Shown here: piece by piece, positions 1-12,187 of the stretch
Position numbering within the stretch: the stretch's first letter is position 1
Layout: every line of letters starts with the position of its first letter
Position numbers and translations under genes: made by a program
Assembly: GCF_006345805.1 (NCBI RefSeq)
Contig: NC_043000.1
Span: 12,710,001 to 12,774,000, forward strand
Direction: 5' to 3'
Length of the DNA: 64,000 nucleotides
From: Octopus sinensis
Taxonomy: Eukaryota
The notes under the pieces: generated by a model
Databases searched by the model: none
Seen by the model: only the letters and a program-made list of their open reading frames with translations
What the model was told of the DNA's origin: nothing

Positions 1-325
1 AACTGGTACTTAATTTATCGACCCCGAATGGATGAAAGGCAAAGTCGACCTCGGCGGAATTTGAACTCAGAACGTAGGGGCAGACGAAATACCTATTTCT
101 TTATTACCCACAAGGGGCTAAACACAGAGGGGACAAACAAGGACAGACATAGGTATTAAGTCGATTACATCGACCCCAGTGCGTAACTGGTACTTAATTT
201 ATCGACCCCGAATGGATGAAAGGCAAAGTCGACCTCGGCGGAATTTGAACTCAGAACGTAGCGGCAGACGAAATACCGCTAAGCATTTCGCCCGGCATGC
301 TAACGTTTCTGCCAGCTCGCCGCCT
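1..325 (-). mobile_element. tRNA-derived SINE family A, head-body-body dimer
   Basis: A-box-like GAGCTGGCAGAAACGTT and B-box GAGTTCAAATTCC. The central GCCTTTCATCC...GGGGTCGATAAA resembles the Meta/MESC SINE domain. Tail is AAAGAAATAG. Confidence 0.85.
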
Positions 326-1561
326 TCTGCTGTCATTAGATTCTGAAATAATGTCCGCATGTTGCTATATATATATCTAAATGGGGCAGAGAGAGAGAAA
401 GGGGAGAGATGAGTTAAAGGAGTGGAAACTAGATAAAGGTTAAAAGCTAACCTCGTACCTGTATCAGGCAGAAAAAGGAGTAAATTGGCGGAATCGTTAG
501 AGTCGGACATCATACCTTACGGTATTTGATCCAGTTCTGAGTTCAAATTCCTATCGATAACGACACTTTCATCTTTTCAGGCTCAATAAAATAAAGTACC
601 AGCTATACACTGGGATTGATTTCATCGACTAACCTCCTCACCTCAAATTTACTAGTTTGGTGCCTGAATTTGAATCGGTTCCAAAGATGATGGATAGGCA
701 TAATCGTTCGGGCAAAATCCTTTGCGATATTTTTTACCAACGCTCTACGTTCTGAGTTCAAATCCCACCGAGGACAACCGCGCCTTTCATCCTTTCAGGG
801 TCAATAATATAAAATAATGATTAAGTTGTGGAGTCGATGGCATCGACAAGCCATCTCTCAAATTTCAGACCTTGAGCTAATTCTTTGCCGTGGGCGAAGT
901 GCAGAAATTTGTAATGTGTGCAAATTTTATATTCCTTTGCAAATGTTTACTCTCTCTTTCTCTCTCTCTTTCACACGCACGTATGTTGGTAAACAGTATA
1001 GTTTAACCATACCGAAGGTTTCGTGCACTTCACTTCTTCATCATCGAGGCTAAAATGCTGTAGCGTCTCACTGACGAATACGGTTGACTAAAATCATTAA
1101 ATCGCTTCAAACCCTTCGGTACGATAAACAGCAGATATATCCAACTTACGCGTGTAAGAACTTATATTTTTGTACAGTCTATATATAGGCACACATATCT
1201 AAACTACTCAATCAATAAAGTAGATTCATTAAAAAAAGTAGTTTGCGCACACAAGCTGATAATAAATTAAATAACATTCAATTATAAATACACTTGCACA
1301 CTAACTCAGTTTCACGTACACATTTCTTTTCTCTTTCTCCCCCCTCACACACACACTACGCTTATAATGTAATTAATTATAGTCAATGACACTAACACAA
1401 ACTCTTCTTCACATTCACTTACCATACAAAATATAAATGAAAAGTAATTATCTAGAGAGACTGATACACACACAACACAAGCATTTAACACAAAATAAAT
1501 GACAATCAATTAGATTAAATTATGTACGTGCATGTATATATATATATATATATAATGTATA

Positions 1562-1685
1562 TTACTGACGAAAGTAGCATTAACTCTCGAGGTCGTTCAT
1601 TATTTTTCAACCGATCAATGGGGCCTATAGAGTAAAGCTATCAATAACGAACCAATAATGATTACTGGAAACAGCTGTAAGGCAG
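1562..1685 (+). ncRNA. Hammerhead-like motif with ~95-nt stem II insertion
   Basis: CUGACGA-(A)AGUAGCAUUA...UAAUGAUUACU(G)-GAAA-CAGCUG-U-A. Stem III is the palindrome ACAGCUGU and AATAAA lies downstream. Stem I pairs poorly. Confidence 0.4.
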
Positions 1686-1794
1686 ATTCACTACAATAAA
1701 CAAATATGTAATGACCACTGTTTATACCTTCTCTTGTGTATACACACATACATCCCAACAAGTGGAGGAATACACACACATATTATAATGCCCT

Positions 1795-2118
1795 GTGAAG
1801 GCGCGTGGCTTAGTGGTTAGGGCATTCGGCTCACGATTGTAAGGTCGTGAGTTCGATTCCAAGCGACGCGTTGTGTCCTTGAGCAAGACACTTTATTTCA
1901 TGTTGTTCCAGTCCACTCAGTGGCAAAAATGAGTTGTACCTGTATTTCAAAGGGCCGGCCTTGTCACACTGTGTGTCACGCTGAATCTCCCCGAGAACTA
2001 TGTTAAGGGTACACGTGTTTGTGGAGTACTCAGCCACTTGCACGTTAATTTCATGAGCAGGCTGTTCCGTTGATCGTATCAGCTGGGACCCTCGTCGTCG
2101 TAACCGACGGATTGCTCC
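1795..2118 (+). mobile_element. tRNA-derived SINE family C (CORE-like middle)
   Basis: Head GGCGCGTGGCTTAGTGGTT...GTTCGATTCC, then CORE-like GTGTCCTTGAGCAAGACACTT. 12-bp TSD ATTATAATGCCC. A second copy lies at 10506-10833 and an older minus copy at 5640-5930. Confidence 0.85.
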
Positions 2119-4375
2119 TACAAATTATAATGCCCAATGTGTGTGTGTGTAGGCGAGTGACCTAGTGGTTAGAGTACTACACTCATGATCTGACGATCAA
2201 GAGTGGTAGTGCCTTGTGTTCACTCACCTGTAAATGGCTAACCTGCGACGGACTTGCGTTCTGTTCAGCGAGAATGTGGGGCTGCCCACCTAGCCAGCGA
2301 GGTAGTATCATTCGAAAGCTACAACAATGCGGGGAATGGTGGCTAAAAGTGCATAAAAAACATCCGATAGTCTTGCCAATACAGTGATATATATATATAT
2401 GCATATATACATACGTATACGTACATACTTACATGTGTACGTATATACATATGCATATGTGGGCACAGGACGTCACAATACGCAAACAACAAAAAATACG
2501 AAGTACGAGGACATGGAATATGAACCATTTTTTGAGAACAACGAAAGAAACAAATAGAAAACAAAAGAAACAACAAGCTAGACTAAATTTCGTGCTTTTG
2601 ACAATACAATAGTCGAACTAGCTTGTATAGTGTGAACTATCAGGTAATCATTTAGGCTCAAAACACAAGAAGCATGAAGCGTATAATTGTTCGCATTTAA
2701 ATCAAGTGTATTTTAAATAATATTTGTCTCTTCTCATTAGTTGGAGTGCTTTCACTTTCGATCCCGCCAATAATAGGACAGTATACTCTATATTTTAGAA
2801 AAAAAACTTTAAGTTTTTTAATGCGACGTTAAAATTTTCCTATAGGGCTGACCTGCAATTGTTTCTTTTATTCCTAATATATATCAAACTACACTTAAAG
2901 GAAGTCTTGGAAAAAAATTAGAAGTATTAAAGGATGTTACTTCAAGAATGTGAGATGTACGAATTCAACACCCAGTTTTCGGTGATGCAATAAGATTAAT
3001 GATGGTTTCTAGCACAAGCGGCACAAGATCACACGTTTGGTGGGAAAATGTGCAACCGATCAAATTTCCTTCCAGTATATATAGACAAGATAATGATTTA
3101 ATATACACAGTGGTTTTCTTGTTGTTATGATGCGACCTACGATTTTAGAAGGACTCCACCTAAATACGTAAGCAGTAACCAAATCTGAGCTTTGCTTATG
3201 TTTTATGAAAGATCAGAAAGAGTGCCAGATTTAGTTTTGGTGATGCTCGGTCACATAAAACTTGCAGGCCTCGAGCTAAAAATTACACAAGAATGCTTTA
3301 CAAATAGTTTCATTAAAACTCTTCGCATTTGCAATAGTATTTGTTAGTTTGTATTGCTCTAAACTCTAGCTTGTTCTGGTTATAACTAAATCCAGCACTG
3401 ATCAGCAATTTACTCAAGGCGGAAGTATTTCCTTCTATCCTACTATCGCTTCAATTTCTATTTACTGTGATATTTCAGAAACTAGTGAAGCTGGAATGCA
3501 CAAAATAACAACGTTCAAAAACAGACCACACGTGTAACAAAACATCCTCTTGTTGTCATTTGTAAAAATGTTAAATTACCATTGGGTCAAATCTTATTAT
3601 TATATAACCGAATGGGAAAAGGATGCACGTTATACACAGATTTTTTTGTGTTTTTTAGTCAATGTTATACCGTACAGAAAGATTGATACTGTAAGCCAAC
3701 CGAGCCTGCCATCCGGTTTCGATTCCGTAGTATAGCCTTATTCACCCCCACGTATGCCGTTAGTGAGATATTAACGTCACAATGTCCCGTTTCCGCTCTT
3801 CTTTAAAAACTCGTGTCTACCTTCGTAAACAGTGGAAGACGAAGTGACAAAATTTGTACGTGCAAAGAAGACGACATGTGAAATGGTGTAAATAGGTGTG
3901 TGTGTGTGTGTGTGTGTGTGAAAGTGTGTGTGTGTGTGTGTGTTTAAGAAGGTGTTTGTGTTTTGCGTAAGAATTTGAAAAGGTTTGAGGGAAGGGTAAT
4001 TAGTCGCTAGGTGTTAGTTGTTACATGGAATGTTAGGTGTAAATTGTGAGTGAAAGGAGGTGGGGTTCGATTATAATTGCAGGCAGAGAAGGAAATGAAA
4101 TCAGATAGGTAGGTAGGTGTAGGTGTAAGTAGACACCAACTTGTGAAACTTAATTACTTTGGTAACAATAACTTCCTCGATACTACACAACATGGTGCTG
4201 GGAGAAGCTGTCGAACATAGCGTAAAACACCATGTATATATAATTCGCTGTTTTGTGTTTATTCATTTATTATTATTTCCCCACCAAAATCGAGATTAAA
4301 ATTACGGGTGCGTGTAATTGCTTCTAATTATAAAGCCATGCCAGTAGCTTCGTAGAGAGGAGATAAGTCGATACC

Positions 4376-4604
4376 TATTTCTTTACTACCCACAAGGGGC
4401 TAAACACAGACAGGACAAACAAGGACAAACGGATTAAGTCGATTACATCGACCCTAGTGCGTAACTGGTACTTAATTTATCGACCCCGAAAGGATGAAAG
4501 GCAAAGTCGACCTCGACGGAATTTGAACCCAGAACGTAACGGCAGACGAAATACCGCTAAGCATCTCGCCTGGCGTGCTAACGTTTCTGCCAGCTCGCCG
4601 CCTT
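4376..4604 (-). mobile_element. SINE family A, full length, nested in an older SINE
   Basis: Flanked by a ~14-bp TSD gat(a/t)agtcgatacc. Other young copies at 5946-6175, 8710-8886, 29526-29755 (+), 47188-47422 and 56338-56554 (TSD tgttgatgatctt). Many older copies at 485-880, 4870-5060, 24245-24690, 27480-27870, 28520-28890 and 29770-29950. Confidence 0.9.
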
Positions 4605-6239
4605 AGATTAGTCGATACCATCTACCCTAGTACTGGTTGTTTATTTTATCGACCTTGGATGGATGAAAGGCAAAAGAGGGATTTGAACTCAAAACTGTTG
4701 TTTTTTTTTTGGGGGGGGGGGCAATTCAGCACTCGAGACGAAATAGGTTCCTAATCGAGACACACTTCAAATAGGGTATTACACATGGATTTTAAACTTA
4801 GGGCGAGATATCAAAGTTTCATTTGACAAGTCTTGTATGTATTTATACTAATATTTCGTGAAAAGTAAGGAGGCAAGCTGGCAGAACCCTTTGCACATCA
4901 GGCAAAGTGCTTTACAACATTTCGTTCGTCTTTATGTTCTGAGTTTGCCTTTCATCCTTTCGGAGTCGATAAAATATATACCAGTTGAGCACTGGGGGTT
5001 GAGGTAATCGATTAATACCCTTCATTGAACTTACTGGCATTGTGCCAAAATTTGAAATCTTGCCAAAAGTTTTGACAGAGTTGATTGTGACATTTTTTTT
5101 TTTTCAAAAATGACTTTCACTATTCAACAACAGAATACCAAGAAAAAAAAATGATTAATTTTTCAACACCATATACGCAGTAAGTGTATTATCACATATT
5201 CCCATCCTTTGCCTACCATGAGGGTCTTCATTTTTAACGTGTTGTAGGCGCAGTATGGCCGAATGGTTAAGAAGTTCGCTTCGCAATCATGAAATCTCGA
5301 GTTCGACCTCGCCACCTGGTATCTCAGGCGAATATCTTTTTCTAATTTTTCAGATCGACTTATATACCTTGTGGGTGAAACTGGGTAAAAGGAAACTATG
5401 TAGAAGCCCATCGGATGGCTTGCTCCTATATTCAGAGGTCCAGCCTTGTCGAACACTGTTATAATTATAATGATCGCATATGAGAATTATATAAAGGGTA
5501 CACGTGTCAGTGGAATACTCAACCGCTTACACGCTAATTCAATGAACCTGGTAGTTCAGTACACTGTCAGGCTGGCAAAGAAACAAAACAATATAATGAG
5601 GCCTGGGATGTTACAATACTCCTGGGTACGAAATACTAACACTCCTTCGGTTACAACGGGGAGAGTTCCAGCTAATCCGATCAAAGGAGCAGCCTGCTCA
5701 TGAAATTAACATGCAAGTGGCTGAGCACTCCACAGACACACATACCATTAACGTAGTTCTCGGGATGATTCAGCGTGACACAGAATATGACAAGGCCGGC
5801 CCTTTGAATAACAAGTACAACTCATTTTTGAATTGTAAAATGGAATGGAATAACGTGAAACAGTGCCTTGTTCAATGACAATGAACTTACGATCATGAAC
5901 AGAATGCCCTAACCACTAAGCCACGCGTAGCACAGGTACGAAATATTTATTTCTTTATTGCCCACAAGGGGCTAAACATAAAGGGACAAACAAGGACAAA
6001 GGGATTAAGTCGATTACATCGACCCCAGTGCGTAACTGGTACTTAATTTATCGACCCCGAAAGGATGAAAGGCAACGTCGACCTCGGCGGAATTTGAACT
6101 CAGAACGTAACGGCAGACGAAATTCTGCTAAGCATTTCGCCCGGCGTGCTAACGTTTCTGCCAGCTCGCCGCCTTTAACGCAACGAAGAATCATTCATGC
6201 ACTGCGTGAGGTGAAGAATCTTCAGTGAAATCTCATACA

Positions 6240-6790
6240 CACCACATTCCGGCTATCCATTTATACCTCTGCCCACTACTCCTGAGAAAGACGTAGGAGT
6301 AGAGTCCTCAAGCACCTCTCCATAGGCCCAATCAGAAGCAACCGTCAATACACTTTCCGAAGCCTGATTAACCAAGATATTATACAACCATCTCGTTCGT
6401 GCTTCACCTTAGAATCTCCTGCTGGTTGGCTCGACTTGAAGAATCTGCCCATTCTTTCCTGTGACATTCAAATCATACGTCTGTAGTACTGGGGTTGTAA
6501 CCTCTCAGTGCACATAAGCAGTGGATCCAACTGGGGAAACTTCATCTCCGAGTAACGTTACTGCAGAAATCTCACGGAGAACCTCATTTCGGCCGCTCGT
6601 ATTTGCGATCGTACTATTTCGGTCATTACCCAACATTCATGACCATAGGTGAAGATAGGAAGGTAAACTACATTGAAGATAGCAGGTTTGGCCCTTTCTT
6701 TCTTTTTGGCTCTTTTCTCCTCTTCTGAAGTTCAAATACTGTAATGCTGGCGTATTACTCTGCATTACTACAATTTAAGCATCCAATTCA
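6240..6790 (-). mobile_element. Decayed RTE-clade LINE fragment
   Basis: Minus-strand AKPAIFNVVYLPIFTYGHECWVMTEIVRSQIRAAEMRF matches the RTE C-terminal P.L.YG.E.W motif. Confidence 0.65.
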
Positions 6791-7305
6791 TTCACGTTCC
6801 ATTAAAAGAAAAAAGAAAGTGGTCGAGTTAAGATTTAATAATGACAGTTTCTACTAATACACCCTTCTTAACTCATAAACTTGCTCTTAGCTTCATATAT
6901 GGAAAATTCTGTTATATTGAATTTTCTCGAAAACTATCAGACTCTATCTAGAATTTTTCTTTGCCAGATATTCGTGAGTAATATTGACCCTGTGGAAAAT
7001 ATTGCTCCAAAGCCGACTGCAGCCGACTTCAATGTTGTTCATACCAGACAAATATATACTTCTATTGAACAAAATTGCAAAAATCACTTAAGGTCGCTAT
7101 CATACAGCAAAGTCAGATTATCGATTAGGCCAAAAATACATAAACTCCAGCGAAAATAAATATTCGAAAACCAATATTAACCAATGATAAAGGATGTTTA
7201 AAAAAAAGGGGGGGGGACAGCAAAAAAAAAACCGAAAAACTGCACTTAAATCAACTTTCCTGGAGTAAGCTTCGAGGCTTTTTTTACGTTAAGCATTCTA
7301 TGTTT

Positions 7306-7445
7306 TACTATGACAAAATATGATTGTTATTCTTAAAACATCTTAAGGGTACCAAAGTGGCCTGTTCCATTTTGGGTACTCTTAAGATGTTTTAAGTGTA
7401 TCTATAATAAACCATTTAATGAAACTGTTGAATAAACAGTGAGTA
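7306..7445 (+). ncRNA. Degenerate hammerhead-like fold with a long, near-perfect stem II hairpin
   Basis: Stem I is UACU/AGUA, the core is AUGACAA (2 mismatches to CUGACGA), the hairpin spans 7332-7396, then GAAA and stem III ACUGUU/AACAGU. Position 17 is G. Confidence 0.35.
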
Positions 7446-7513
7446 CTTCTTCATATTAGTTTTAGAATACTTAGGTACATGTATGTATGTATGTATGTAT
7501 GTATGTATGTATG

Positions 7514-7560
<47 letters not shown>

Positions 7561-7605
7561 GATAGATACACATACATACACACACACATATATATCTATA
7601 CATAC

Positions 7606-7636
<31 letters not shown>

Positions 7637-7921
7637 CACATATATATATATATATATATACACATATATATCTATACATATATATACACATATATATCTA
7701 TACATATATATACACATATATATATATAAACACACACATATATATGTACATACACACATATATATACATATGCAGACACACACACACACACATACATACA
7801 TACATACATACATACATACCGGAGTAAGCACATAAATGCGAAACAAAGTGGGGAAGAATAGTACTCGAATACCAGAGGTAGAGTAATATGCTTTATTGAA
7901 AAGTAGCAAAAATATATCACA

Positions 7922-7967
7922 AAAACTGTTGCTCAGAGTTTCACGTTCCCGTTCGTCAGACAGTTTT
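7922..7967 (-). ncRNA. Type I minimal hammerhead ribozyme motif in a PLE terminal region (U16.1 mutated to C)
   Basis: Reverse complement reads AAAACUGU-CUGACGA-ACG(GGAA)CGU-GAAA-CUC(U)GAG-C-A-ACAGUUUU, with an 8-bp stem I, followed by AATAAA. It is on the same strand as, and downstream of, the PLE RT. Confidence 0.75.
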
Positions 7968-8111
7968 GTTTAGAATGCAATAGAGATAAGGTTATAAGCA
8001 AACATATACAATTAGTTTAATGGATACACATTTGAAAATGGTTTTGTTTCATTGGTCCTTTCAACTAACGGTCTTTAGCATGCAATGAACAAATTTCAGT
8101 ATAAAATCATC

Positions 8112-8465
8112 TCTATATATATAAATGGCAAAATGTCTGTGTGTGTGTGTGTGTGTCCTTTATACAAATCCACAATTTTTCAGTTAGAGGGCTCGCACTT
8201 TCTATGATCATTCAAAACCGTCCAAGGGTGGCCGTGCACATCTTTACATTTCCCCAGTCACCCCGCAGAGCCATTAAAAAATCAATAGAAGTGACTTTTT
8301 TGTGAATTTGCTATCCAAAACCCAATCAAAATGCCCGAAACTTGATACGCCAATTGAATGCCAGCTATTTGTATGTGATTGGTCGGAGATTTGGACAGTA
8401 CTCGCGTGTATGTGCGCACGCACGCAGCTGTATATGCATGCACTAGCACTATGACCCGGCAATTG
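8112..8465. mobile_element. Helitron-like fragment(s)
   Basis: A TCTATATATATAAA...(GT)n 5'-type end on +, and a minus-strand GCCGGGTCATAGTGCTAG 3'-type end at 8443-8460. Confidence 0.35.
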
Positions 8466-8922
8466 TAGAAAACCTTAAATAAAAAAAAGCTTATAAAAGT
8501 ACAGTCTAAATACATAGGGTAAATGATTATTTGTAAAATATAAATCAATACATTAAAAATTATATCCGTTTAAAAATTTAAAATTTTCACGTAGGATTAC
8601 ATATACATTTAGCAGTATATGCACATACTAAACCATCTATAAAATACATATATACACTAAAACGCACAGACGCATGTACATAGGTATATACATATATAGA
8701 CATCTATATATTTCTTTACTACCCACAAGGGGCTAAACACAGAGGGGACAAACAAGGACAGACGAACGGATTAAGTCGATTATATCGACCCCAGTGCGTA
8801 ACTGGTACTTAATTTATCGACCCCGAAAGAATGAAAGGCAAAGTCGACCTCGGCGGAATTTGAACTCAGAACGTAACGGCAGACGAGGCGAGACATAAAT
8901 ATATATAAATGTATATATATAT

Positions 8923-8959
<37 letters not shown>

Positions 8960-9532
8960 ATGCACACATGCACGCGTACAAAATCTCCTGGCGTATGCTT
9001 ATTACAAGTTAGTTGTTACAGGCGAAAGAAAGTAAAGGTAAACATTAAGCATGGAGAGGAGGAAGAACATCGGATAAGAAGAAAAAGGGAAGCGAAACAG
9101 AAAACTAGCGAGAGAAGGGGTGGAGATAGGGATATAGAGCGCTTGCAAGCAGCAAACAGGATTAGATACTTCAAATAGTTGGCGCAACGAACGCACACAT
9201 AAAATTACATATATATATATATATCTACATTAGTATAGATATACATACAAATATACATATGTATGGATACGTATACAAATATACAAAAATATTTACGCAT
9301 TTACATGCTCACGTAAATAAAAGTATATACGTATATATGTATATACATACACGTATACTTACACACATACCTACAATACATATATACACATAAATATAAA
9401 TATATAGGGACATATCTAATCAAAACGTATATACAATTTTTCAAATGCTACCCGGTGTGTATATTATTAAAATGCAAAAAATAAAAAATATATATGAAAT
9501 AATGAAATGTATATTAATTTGATGTAACTTAA

Positions 9533-10455
9533 TTAAATAGGCGTGTAAAATAATATAAAATGCGCAGCATTTTGAAATGCTGTCTCACTCGAAGAAATTA
9601 ATGATATTCGCCTTCCTACACTACTAACTAGGTTACTAAGAATTACAGGTGGATGGTTAGATTCTTTGCTAATATAACTTAGCTTTTCATTGGGCTTACA
9701 GTGTAAATCTAAGTTGATATCTAAAAAAAAATCAACGCTTTTAAGATTACTTTCTATTGTAATCCGTAAGCCCATCCTTTGGAAGAAATCAATCAGATTC
9801 TTCTTAAGTTTATCTAACTCATGACCGTTTAAATTATGGGTGACAATAAACCTGTCATCCCTGTATAATCCTGCGTCTATACAAGGGAATCCTAGATTTA
9901 GATTATCAAAAATATAAGCTCCTATAAGCACACATAACTTTGCCTCATCATATGCCCCCATCGGTACATCGAAAAGAGAATCCTTACTCTTTTTGACCCG
10001 GGTAGAATCCTAGTTAAAAAGAAGAGATTTCTTTGCATGCAGGATAATATCTATTTCCGAGTCATCGATGGTGACACAATGCTTGGTGAAGTCTAGTACT
10101 TTTAGAAGCAAAGGCCTAGGTATTGATGGGTAACAGTCAACAATATCAAACTGTGTAAATTTGCAGTTATGCTTATGGTTAATCCCTTTAAACCACTCTA
10201 TCACTGACATGCTATTTTTCCAAACCCGTAAATTTGATTCACTATCTAACTTGCTTAAAATACGATCTAAAATATATTTGCTAATAATACCTATTTCCGT
10301 TTTAGCAGGATTAATCAGTCTACATTTAGGGTTTCTATTAAAATTAGCTTTATGGTCTTTTAGGATAATAAAAGGATGACATGGGGGGATATTCTATCCT
10401 ATCACTAACTTTAAGATTGTTAGCAATTCTTCTTGCCTTCAAATTCACCTCCAAA
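9533..10455 (-). pseudogene. Penelope-like element reverse transcriptase, decayed
   Basis: Motifs LKDHK..F..NPKCRLINPAK, FTQFDIVDCYPSI, FDVPMGAYD and GLYRDD. ORFs 10010-10210 and 9533-9961 are in frame and separated by a single stop. Confidence 0.85.
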
Positions 10456-10830
10456 TACATACACACATATATACATATTTGTACACACACTCACACACAT
10501 GTGTGTGTGAAGGCGCGTGGCTTAGTGGTTAGGGGCATTCGGTTCACGATCGTGAGGTCGTGAGTTCAATTCCCGGCGACGCGTTGTGTCCTTGAGCAAG
10601 ACACTTTATTTCACGTTGCTCCAATCCACTCAGCTGGCAAAAATAAGTAGTACCTGTATTTCAAAGGGCCAGCCTTGTCACACTCTGTGTCACGCTTAAT
10701 CGCCCTGAGAACTACGTTAAGTGTACACGTGTCTGTGGAGTGCTCAGCCACTTGCACGTTAATTTCATGAGCAAGCTGTTCCGTTGATCGTATCAGCTGG
10801 GACCCTCGTCGTCGTAACCGACGGAGTGCT

Positions 10831-10869
<39 letters not shown>

Positions 10870-10878
<9 letters not shown>

Positions 10879-11157
10879 ATCACGTGACCGACCAGACCAT
10901 CAGATGTTACACATCGCTGGTCACAATGCGTTCGCATTGTTTTAGCCTTCGAATGACGCCACCCCGCTAGCTAAGCGAGCAGGCCAACAGAAGAAAGAGT
11001 GGGAGAAAGAGTGGTGAAAGAGTACAGCAGGGATCACCACCCCCTGCCGGAGCCTCGTGGAACCTTTAGGTGTTTTCGCTCAATAAACACTCACAACGAA
11101 ACCGCGATCCTGCGACCGCGAGTCCGCTGCCCTAACCACTAGGCCATTGCGCCTCCA
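10870..11157 (-). mobile_element. SINE family B head with an alternative tail ending in TCACGTGATCACGTGA
   Basis: Same head and middle as 42933 with a different 3' half. Another tail variant lies at 55676-55977 (TSD ttctagtaggtt). Confidence 0.8.
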
Positions 11158-11164
11158 CACACAT

Positions 11165-11226
<62 letters not shown>

Positions 11227-11989
11227 AGTGCAGCTGAGCACTGTACACAATTATTATTATTATTATTATATATATATATATACATGAATACAAAAACAAA
11301 TACATATATGTATTTATGTATATGTATTCATTACACACACACATATTGTATTTTTAGCTGCATGAACAGTTCATTGTATGGTTACAAATCAAAAATATGT
11401 CAAGAAAATAAGATCAGTCACACTGATGTACAGAAAAGCAGAAGAGATATGCAATTTTATTTATACATTTTTCAAAAAGTCACTTTAAAGTGAGGCAACA
11501 CAAATCGACATATTCAGGGAACCTAAAGATGTTGTCATCTCATAAAATTCATCCACTGATAGTGAAAGGATAAAAAAAAAAAAAAAAAAAAAAAAAAAGG
11601 TTAAAACCGTTTGTCGGATGATGAATTCGTTTCGGCAGTTTTCCGTTATCAGAAATTCACAAAGTAATTTTTCATTATTGTGTTTTTGTTGATGTACGCA
11701 AAAACAAAATTATTGCTACGAAAACAAAGGAAATTATAAATGATTATGTTGAAACAAAGAGCTGGCGCGTATATACAGAAAATATTAGCGGCGTTCTCTT
11801 GTTTTTTTAAATCCTTTTTTCCATTTTCTATTTATGTTTTCAATGAAAACATTTGTTTTAATCTTTGTATTATAATTTCATTCACATCTACGAACCATTA
11901 TCGGAATATAAATCAACACACTACATCTATCCTCGTTTATCACGGGATTTTGGTGCCAAAGAGGCAGTGATAAACGAATCGTCCCCATG

Positions 11990-12120
11990 CTCTTTATAAA
12001 TGGAATGAATAGATAGATTCATTGACATCAAACTTGCAGTCCAAAGCAGCAAAGCTTCCACCGCCACGGATTTTTTGGATCATCTCCACCGTTTTCTGTA
12101 GAAAATACATACGTCTGCAT
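11990..12120 (-). pseudogene. Possible Tigger/pogo transposase N-terminal HTH remnant
   Basis: Minus-strand reading KTVEMIQKIRGGGSFAALDCKFDVNESI resembles the CENP-B-type HTH (K.E.I.....G.S.AA....Y.VNES). Confidence 0.35.
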
Positions 12121-12187
12121 TATTTGTTAGGATCGGTTAGTTTAGTGGGTTTTTTTTATTGGTTCCATGTTGGTAGGTACTGGTAGG

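Noticed and set aside
1795-1870. tRNA-like sequences with A and B boxes (also 10506, 13041, 42933)
   Set aside because: They are SINE heads continuing into SINE bodies with TSDs, and lack a complete acceptor stem.
6881-7159. ORF with NIDPVENI resembling the Tc1 DLNPIEN motif
   Set aside because: A single weak motif with no DD34E context or TIRs.
11620-11658. Minus-strand GAAUUU-CUGAUAA-CGG...CC-GAAACG-AAUUC hammerhead-like remnant
   Set aside because: G8 is mutated, the cleavage triplet is missing and it is single-copy, so chance cannot be excluded.
11990-12110. Candidate ASAP exon 2 after a ttttctacag acceptor-like site
   Set aside because: The peptide does not resemble ASAP, ends in a stop, and looks more like a Tigger HTH remnant.
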